DNA of 64,000 bases from Veleropilina oligotropha (Eukaryota): the NCBI GenBank assembly GCA_048128005.1, contig JBEUKZ010000054.1:620001-684000 (forward strand). Direction: 5' to 3'. Below are positions 57,801-64,000 of this stretch, in pieces. The translations under genes were made by a program, and so were the position numbers. Positions within the stretch are counted from its first letter, which is position 1, and each line of letters begins with the position of its first letter. The notes under the pieces were generated by a model. It was not told the DNA's origin, searched no databases, and saw only the letters and a list, made by a program, of their open reading frames with translations.

Positions 57801-58628
57801 CCCAGTGATAGCACCCGGCTTAGTGTCCTGAGAGATCTCAAAGACACCCTGGCCCTTCTTCCTCGCAGCTTTCACCGGGTCAAACTTGTCTTCGACCACC
57901 CAGTCACCTTCACCCCACTCACGCAAGAACTTTATTCTAAGGACATACTCGCCCTTTGGAAGGGCTGTGAGGAGCTGTGCCGCCCTTGCATCTGTCATAC
58001 GGGCATCCAGGGCCAGCCGTCCAGCCACTTCTACCCTCCATGTGGAGAAAGCCGCCGCGGCGCCATCGACCTCAAACTCGTCTTTGGCGTCGCTCAAGAG
58101 TTCCACCCATGGCTCTTTTGCTGGGAGCCTTACTGGGGGAGGGACCTGGTCATCCAGGTCGATGAATCGTTGTCCCTCGGGTGTGGTAAATTGCCCTAGA
58201 AGATCCTTCTGGTAGTCCTGGGCTGTCCGGGGCGTTTTGGAGATGAGAAGATCGGGCCCCTTCCGAGCAATAGCATGGGCAAGGGTCTCTTTCCGAGACC
58301 GCTTGACGATTCGATCCGTGATGGCGCGAAGTGGCTTCAGTCGAATCCTGGGATTTTTCTCAGCCTGGGATTCGTATTTACGAGCCTGCAGGGCGGCGTC
58401 GACCTCGTCCTTAATCTGCCGCAACTCGCGAGCACGTCGGCCTCTTTTGTGGGGGTTCTCCACATCTCCACGTATGGAGGGGAACCTTCCCGTTTTCATC
58501 GCCCGCTCGAGTCTGCTCCGAAACTCCGCAGCACGGACCCTGGCGATTGCCCTGACGAGGTCGTGCTTCTTGAGCTTCGACCGAGCGGGAATCCCATAAT
58601 CTTTCGCTAGATTGCGCAGGTCATCCAT
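54795..58628 (-). CDS. 1277-aa replication fusion: Rho-N/HeH-like N-terminus, divergent family-B polymerase core, SF1 helicase, HNH-like nuclease
   Basis: IDMKACYPASF and VATDSIY (PolB motif A/C-like); GGGGCGKT, IIWDE, GDQGQPPP, YALTIHSSQGLT, YLAVSR (SF1 motifs I, II, III, V, VI); CAAC...SVDRVDNSRGHTRDNVRLTCLECN. Confidence 0.85.
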   Translation of the reverse strand: MDDLRNLAKDYGIPARSKLKKHDLVRAIARVRAAEFRSRLERAMKTGRFPSIRGDVENPHKRGRRARELRQIKDEVDAALQARKYESQAEKNPRIRLKPLRAITDRIVKRSRKETLAHAIARKGPDLLISKTPRTAQDYQKDLLGQFTTPEGQRFIDLDDQVPPPVRLPAKEPWVELLSDAKDEFEVDGAAAAFSTWRVEVAGRLALDARMTDARAAQLLTALPKGEYVLRIKFLREWGEGDWVVEDKFDPVKAARKKGQGVFEISQDTKPGAITGVDKVYYENAYPVTAVVYGVYPLREPNPANLVPMKNGDLNCVAQRVVEHFEGALRGHGLTQTRRQKILEWEERVHVTGATVDDIATLEKILKRAITLRDIAGADIYNSGKYQASMWKSIELICHNGHAWSKDLHFPQSREVHLYEGDVWEAIRQATQNEPLAVWLLGGKDRQLGVDQFVLQDGRTYRTKETHEILQEACTALGNESLADRAFGVNHAASIMAKETNGWKPTPASLLDDIQKACVEHGHGGLWNSMNYDTGDVCCIDMKACYPASFLGKGEAKPYFERFGHPLHSMTRVAINGPLPREIGTGFAEVVEWEFAQDIHPVIVAWFGKHFAENGWAPTPLLAFLVDSGLLKSLKIREAIIAFKNQTDVWLPENRDQGCSIIDKFTQGAKADGKRLTRRLVTDQGELDFLVRDTRQSGTLVGAPQRCPLGHILTYYDGSQPQYAHLRASMLAYAHINLLSMLKRFSAAEAVRVATDSIYLKKASLEKLDDVTVYVAPRLCGCRSQSCISCLIAEPYLPPVAPAQWRDKGEQLYMPQEHAAYLPKPEYCCAANSSQPSTAPCYNDTLTHHRLSYLNGGGGCGKTTRAIELFRARNPVVFTPTHRLAKEMRTRGVKAQTYHSFFRWSGQNDWTPDRMGQKFIPRVIIWDEVCTVPRAILEMFLDWLGRHEVQVICCGDQGQPPPITGEMPHDWLRKTADYYEEIEVDYRAKDDPALQALKRRIRLQPDKVQCDEMRRTLPSCLGWDRFVNTWKPGDLILTSRQKVRERAQELLLQRHKEHFPDSMVPILYHPRDSRKQNIMVTIPGTSDREELVLNDVVEVTIEAAERAILTPDWRLGYALTIHSSQGLTIHDPQKVWIIDDYLQWSNLAYLAVSRVELLRQLERVTCPPDEGSEDRPPQTEQQLRKTIQKKLVAYKRQDQATGLPGFNLKVDDILRLREAQNNRCAACNIELLWAYSPKDTQQFSVDRVDNSRGHTRDNVRLTCLECNRKRGFAVVNA

Positions 58629-58675
58629 GTTGCTGGGGGGTACACACTAGGATCTTTACTTCTCTAATATGAAAT

Positions 58676-58951
58676 TTACGCGTGGTAAATTGCAGCCATG
58701 CGGAGAAACTCTCTCTCGAAGGCCCTTTTCTTTCGTTGCCAGTCCATACCGTTCTCACTCTTATACCCACAGCCCTTACACAACGTAAGCCGGTTGAAAA
58801 CGCCTTTGCCGCATTTGATGCAGGGCTTTGTGCCCCAGCCATTTCGCCGTAGCCGAGCCAGGTGGACTTTGCAATACGTGTTCAGACATCTCTTACCACA
58901 TAGCTCCGTGGAGCTGATGGTGAGCCATTGACAGGTGTCCGTTCCCCACAT
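58676..58951 (-). CDS. Small Cys/His-rich zinc-finger-like protein (91 aa)
   Basis: C...CGKRC...YCKVH and CIKC...CKGC; directly upstream of the replicase gene. Confidence 0.6.
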   Translation of the reverse strand: MWGTDTCQWLTISSTELCGKRCLNTYCKVHLARLRRNGWGTKPCIKCGKGVFNRLTLCKGCGYKSENGMDWQRKKRAFEREFLRMAAIYHA

Positions 58952-59388
58952 CGTATCCTTTGCATTGGATATACCCGTCCGATGGGTATGTCTAAAAGAG
59001 AGCCCGGGCCGGCGAGGGTTGTGGGCCGTCCCTACGGGCTCTTACTACATACTACTATATCGGCATGTTAGACGTTGTGTAGTTATACTTGAAAGCAACA
59101 TGCCGCAGGAAGACATGCCGCAGGAAGACATTCCTACGCTGTACAGCGAACGGAGCTTCAGGCGCGTTAAAAACCTCTTAAACCGGGGCTATAACGTTTT
59201 GATCGTTGTACTCGACAATGGTGAACAAGCGATATATAAGAAGAAGACCAAAGACGGTAGAAAGGGAGTTGCACGAAATCAAACGCTGGCGGGCCCTCAG
59301 TGATGTCCTGTAGCCTTCGCCGGGCTGCTATTTTGCCATTCTAAAAAGTACACTCACCCCCCTGCTGACTATTCTAAGCTACCCTAGT

Positions 59389-59678
59389 TTGTACACACGG
59401 TGACTTTTTGTAATACAATCCCTACCCTCAGTCCCAAAATAGGGCTGGGAGCCCCCACCCCCGGGCCCCGGGGCCCTAGTCTAAACTCCCCTGCTGACTA
59501 GTCCGAGCTACCCTGAGTTCTGAAATGGTGCTGGGCGCTGTATTTTCCCATTCTAAAAAGTCCAATCACCCCCCCCTGCTGCTGAGTTGAGATCCATATT
59601 AATTCTGAAAAGTGCTGGGAGCCTTAATTTCCATCGCCGCGCCCCCACATAAAAGGTATGGTCACCCCCCCTGCTGCT
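59389..59678 (-). repeat. Right TIR of the Polinton-like element
   Basis: Reverse complement of 43711-44000; inner ~80 bp more diverged. Confidence 0.92.
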
Positions 59679-59993
59679 CATAGGTAAATCATTGGTTTTA
59701 TTTTTTCACTTTCTCCAGTATGGGCGCCCAATCTCCCAATGCCCAAACCTGATATAACGGGCGCAAAATAAGCCTAGATCAGCCCCAGTATGTATATATG
59801 CATGTATATGTATATATATATTGTATATATATTAATTATATGGTTTTTATGGGGTGAACATCTGGAATGGTGGTCGTTTTTTTTTAAAGGTGTGGAAAGG
59901 TGGCGGGGAGGGGTCATAGAGTGGCCCACCCGCCACCTTATAAGTGCCTGGGGAGAACCCTGTATATGCCGAGTTTGATGTATCAATTAATAC

Positions 59994-60072
59994 CTGCTTT
60001 ACAATAATCTTCACTGCCCACGACTTGCCGGTTCCTCGGTGGACGCATTTGTGTACACTCGATGTGGCGCCC
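59994..60072 (-). CDS. CAMK4: CaMKIV-like exon 2 (GATSSVHKCVHRGTGKSWAVKIIVKQ; Gly loop and catalytic Lys)
   Basis: ttgcag acceptor and gta donor; completes R-G-A-T-S in phase with exon 1; AVK motif. Confidence 0.9.
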
Positions 60073-61067
60073 CTGCAAGATATACAAGGCAATCAGGATA
60101 CAGACCCCAATAAACGGTCATATCATACATTATCAACTTGGAAAATTCCAAGTACAGTCTAACGTTTCATTTATACAGTCAATCTTTTCTGAATCTATTA
60201 TCCCTTAGTTGTACTTTCAGTTGACAGTGGATTTAACTTCATTTGTAACTTAAGTTGGTCAGTTGTCCTGTTTCACATCAAAGGTGATTTTGAGATACTG
60301 CACATCCATGCAAGCGATGAAAGCAACACCCTTCCGAAGAAGCTGAATGTCAACTTTCAGTGTGCAAAATTGAAAAGCAGGGCTCATGGTGGTCTAGATT
60401 TGTTTTTACAATACTTGTTTACTATTAATTACGACACCATGCATTTCTTAATTATATAGGCATTATTATAGCCTATATAATTACATATATGTATGCTATT
60501 GATCATTACTTTAAGACCAGTAAATTATACATTAGTGTTTAAAATTCCTGGTAGTCCATTGGACCAGTTATTTTAAAGTGGTTTTCTAGTCCTGAAAAGC
60601 ATCTTTTGTAAGATAGGTGTGCCTGCAACCTCGACCATGATCAATGTTTATAAATGAAAGTGCTACATGAATATATATCAGCTTGTCGAGCACTCATGTT
60701 TTAGGTCCTTATAAATTTTGCTAACCCTGCTTATTGATACACTGACTCTAATTACCATATTTCTAACGGCAGTAACCGTAATGCCTATTTTGTAAGATAA
60801 TATTCCTACGCACTTGACTTGGGCATGAGGACACCTGCGATAGTTGGGCTACTAAACGTAACTAAAGTAAACATGTGAACCTAAAACACGAAAACTAGCC
60901 ATTATTTTATTTATTTACTACGTGTGCATTTGATCAGCGATTGATTAACACCTAACAAATACGTCTTCATAACTTTCTTATTACAATGCCTGATGATCAT
61001 GCACACGTTGCCTAGATACTCATAAACAACTTATACAGGAAGTCAGAACGACATATATTATACTTAC

Positions 61068-61156
61068 CTTCCTAGCTCTGTTGTTATTTCAAAAATTTCT
61101 TCAAAGAATCTGATCTTTTCACTTTCCTTTATCCAATATTCTGGTAAACTCGGCAT
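61068..61156 (-). CDS. CAMK4: CaMKIV-like kinase, coding exon 1 (MPSLPEYWIKESEKIRFFEEIFEITTELGR)
   Basis: Manual minus-strand translation resembles the CaMKIV N-terminus (YWI...FEV..ELGRG); ends at AG|gtaagt donor, phase 2. Confidence 0.85.
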
Positions 61157-61269
61157 ATTTATAAAGTTTTAGTTTACCCCGCGCACCATATGACGAGCTA
61201 CGCAACTAAAAAGGAAATGAACTTCTACAGCGACATGCGGAAACAAATATAGCCGGGCACTTAGATACG

Positions 61270-61277
61270 TGACGTCA
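61270..61277. promoter_or_regulatory. Palindromic CRE (TGACGTCA) ~115 bp upstream of the kinase ATG
   Basis: gTGACGTCAc in a CpG-containing proximal region. Confidence 0.4.
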
Positions 61278-62097
61278 CATTTTTGTCCACGTTCAACTTG
61301 TTGAATAATTTTCAACCATCGCACACTTCGCTCTTATCTTTGACATGAAAATTATTATTATAACGCTGCATTTACGCCAATACGCTGCTATGATTACAAT
61401 TTGGTTGAATTAACAATTTACATTGCGCACTCTGTGTGCATATAGCTATGGCCACATGTAATTTAAAGGTTGATTATACGTACCCGTATTATCGCACATT
61501 TAGACATTTAGGGGCATGCATGCCCTTATATTTGAGTATGCCCTTATATTCGAATATAAGAGCATGCCCTTAAATCCGTACGACAACACATTTTGGCATG
61601 CAGAAAGATTTATCTCGGTTATAAGGTCAGCTGTAGCCATGTGTATGCTAATTATAATGGGGAATGTTCTCTATAGACACATGGATAACCATGCAGTGGC
61701 GAAAATTATCATCAACATTAACATCAACAGAGTTCATGAAAGTGGACTCGAGTCAATCTTGAGCTCCAGCGATGCATTGACGTAAAAAACTTTTTGTTTA
61801 CGTCTAAAAGCGATGCCAACATATTGGAAAAATCGATATTCGTGCAATGTAACAAAGCCATGTAAATACGAGTTTTTAAAGGGCTAATGTGTATCACTGT
61901 ATGTATGCATCCAACAGATCGAATGGGTTTGCATCCTTTTCTAACATGCACGTGAGCTTTGCTTCACCATGCCTTAGCTTATAAGCGAAAAAAGCCATGC
62001 CCTTAAATTCGAATATAAGGGCATAATGATATATGCTCTTAAAAACGGGACGTCTTTAAAATAAAATCCTCATTAAAAAGGGATTATTTCGTATATA

Positions 62098-63718
62098 TCG
62101 GGTGGCCAATAAAAAACTTCCCAAACTTTAAAGGTTAACAACTTTGCAACTAACCACTATGTTGTTATTAAACTTCACACAACTCATATATATGATGTTT
62201 TTAATATTTTCTGAAAATTTCTATGTCACATAATTTTTCTGCAGTCGAATAATTAAAAACAAGTCATAAACAGCAATGGCAGACATTTGTCATTTGTGAC
62301 ACTGACAAGATAAACGTGCGGTGTTATGGATGGCAGCATTCAATCAATTGTCAATAGCATGTGTTTTATCTGTCTGGCATGTATGTGTTGTTAAAAATTT
62401 CAGTCTTGTTCCGAATAGGCTGGAAGCTTGATGTTTGCTATCTTGGTTATATTATTATAAAATGGTATTTAATCAGAGTGATAAAACAGTTATTGAGGCA
62501 TGTTTCAAGGAAAAGGGCTGGTGTGGTGCGAGGATTATAAGGGAATTCCCTGATAAAAAGTGGAATGTGCGAACGGTCAACTTCCTTATTGAGAGAATAA
62601 GGACTTCAGGTTCTACCAGTAGAAAACAAGGTAGTGGAAGGCCAAGAACCGCAAATACTGAAACAAATAAGGTTTACGTGGAAGAAGCAATTGTGTCGCA
62701 GTAGGACAAGCCAGGGACTCATAAGTCTCAGCGGAAAATTGCCAAAGATCTGGGAATTTCACGCTCATCAGTTCAGAACATTACTAAAGAATTGGAATTA
62801 AAATCTTTCACGGCGGGATAAAACAGTCAAACAACAAAGGAAGACCCGTTCAAAAAAGTTATACAGCAAGTATTCCAAACAGGATGCGAAAAGACTTGTC
62901 TTTACGGACGAGAAAGACTTCACGTATGAGGTGGCGCGTAACCGCCAAAACGATAGGGTGTACGGAAGGAAGAAAGGGGATATATCCACCACAAGACTGT
63001 ACCATGAAACATCAAGGTTTACCAAGAAAATAATGGTTTATGCAGGGGTATCGTGGAATGGGAAAACGAAGCGTCACTTTATTGATACCAAAAAAGTGAA
63101 AGTTAACTCTGAGACTTATCAAAAACTATTGGAAAAGGGACTCTTGCCTGATTGCCGTCGGCTCTATCCTGATGGAAGTTTTGTTTTCCAACAGGCTGGG
63201 GAAACTTCGCACACAAGTAGGTCTACGTAAGCCTTCTTGGATCAGTCGGTGGATGAGTTCATAAAAAAAGAGGAGTGGCCACCCCAAAGTCCAGACTTTA
63301 ACCCAATGGACTATTCCATTTGGAATAGTCTGTCAGAGAAAGTGTACGAATGACATACAGATGTGTTTAATGAATGTGAACTAAAAAAGAGGCTGAAGAA
63401 ATGCTGGGACAAAATATCTCTTAGAGAGGTTAGAAGTACGATATCAAGTTGGAAAAAAAGCAGATGGAGGCCATATTGATCACTTCTTTCAGTAAATATA
63501 AGTTAACTATGCAGCTTTTTGGACGTTGCCCTTGCAGTTTTTGACGTTTGTTTATATTTATCCGACTACAGAAGAAGTATGTGATATAGAGACTTAAACT
63601 TTCAGATTATAATAACAACATTACATGTTTTACTTGTGTGAAGTTTCATAGCAATATAGTGGTTCATTGCAAAGTTATTAACGTTTAAAATTCGGGAAGT
63701 TTTTTATTGGACACCCGA
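62098..63718 (+). mobile_element. Tc1/mariner-superfamily transposon, DD37D (maT)-type, decayed
   Basis: TA-flanked imperfect TIRs tcgggtggccaataaaaaacttccc / gggaagttttttattggacacccga. Confidence 0.88.
62462..63495 (+). pseudogene. Disrupted DD37D transposase
   Basis: GSGRPR, FTDEK, FQQ(A)G..SH and WPPQSPDFNPMDYSIW with 37 residues between the second and third catalytic positions; in-frame stops at 62702, 63228 and 63351, a deletion/frameshift, and the second Asp changed to Ala. Confidence 0.88.
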
Positions 63719-64000
63719 TATAATGGCATGCGGCGGATCCAGGATTTTGAAAAGGGGGGTCCAAGTTTCATAAAATATACTATCAACTGTTTGCGTGGTG
63801 ACTGGGCCCCACGCGAGAGAATATTTTGACATTCAACAGCCTGAAACCTCCTCTCCTGCATTCTGACAGGGCAACGATATTTCTTACCAACATTTATGAA
63901 CCATTTTCACTAAAATGTATGAGTAATTTTTCATTTTCTTCACAATATAACACATTGAGTTTTTAATGGCCGAGGCAAAGGGGCACTTGGTCCCCCTCCC

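Larger units (their letters stand above)
43711..59678. mobile_element. Endogenous Polinton-like virus / Maverick-related element (15,968 bp) in intron 2
   Basis: Termini AGCAGCAG...CTGCTGCT; ~290 bp TIRs; CATAG duplicated at 43706-43710 and 59679-59683; dense, intronless, GC-richer ORFs including integrase, packaging ATPase and capsid-like genes. Confidence 0.93.

Noticed and set aside
54856..58610. Many plus-strand ORFs opposite the replicase gene
   Set aside because: Shadow ORFs of GC-rich coding sequence with no motifs; the same applies to those opposite the DIRS ORFs.
54795..58628. Helitron Rep/Hel protein
   Set aside because: No HUH Rep motifs seen; PolB-like motifs present; the element has TIRs, a TSD and an integrase.
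43711..59678. Bacterial prophage or contaminating contig
   Set aside because: Bounded by TIRs and a TSD inside an intron whose flanking exons join in frame; the integrase is retroviral-type.
43705..59684. Canonical 6-bp Polinton TSD
   Set aside because: Flanks read tCATAG and CATAGg; only 5 bp match.

Overview
Eukaryotic, AT-rich DNA, probably from a marine invertebrate. One host gene spans almost the whole window: a 12-exon CaMKIV-like kinase on the minus strand (ATG 61156, stop 190; 1026 nt CDS, 341 aa; all GT-AG, phases consistent). Its introns are filled with mobile DNA and tandem repeats. The highlight is in intron 2: an apparently intact ~16 kb endogenous Polinton-like virus (43711-59678) with ~290 bp TIRs, AGCAGC termini and a 5-bp CATAG target duplication. 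It encodes an rve integrase, A32-type packaging ATPase, putative major and minor capsid proteins, many membrane proteins and a secreted Cys-rich protein. In place of a canonical pPolB plus protease it has one 1277-aa fusion: divergent PolB core, SF1 (RecD/Pif1-like) helicase and HNH-like nuclease. The last intron holds a ~17.6 kb 38/39-bp satellite interrupted by an intact DIRS1-type retrotransposon and a SINE, plus a Penelope fragment with a hammerhead-like motif. Several intronic minisatellites are amplified splice-donor junctions. A decayed DD37D Tc1/mariner element lies upstream of the gene. Family calls rest on motifs recognised by eye; no searches were run.
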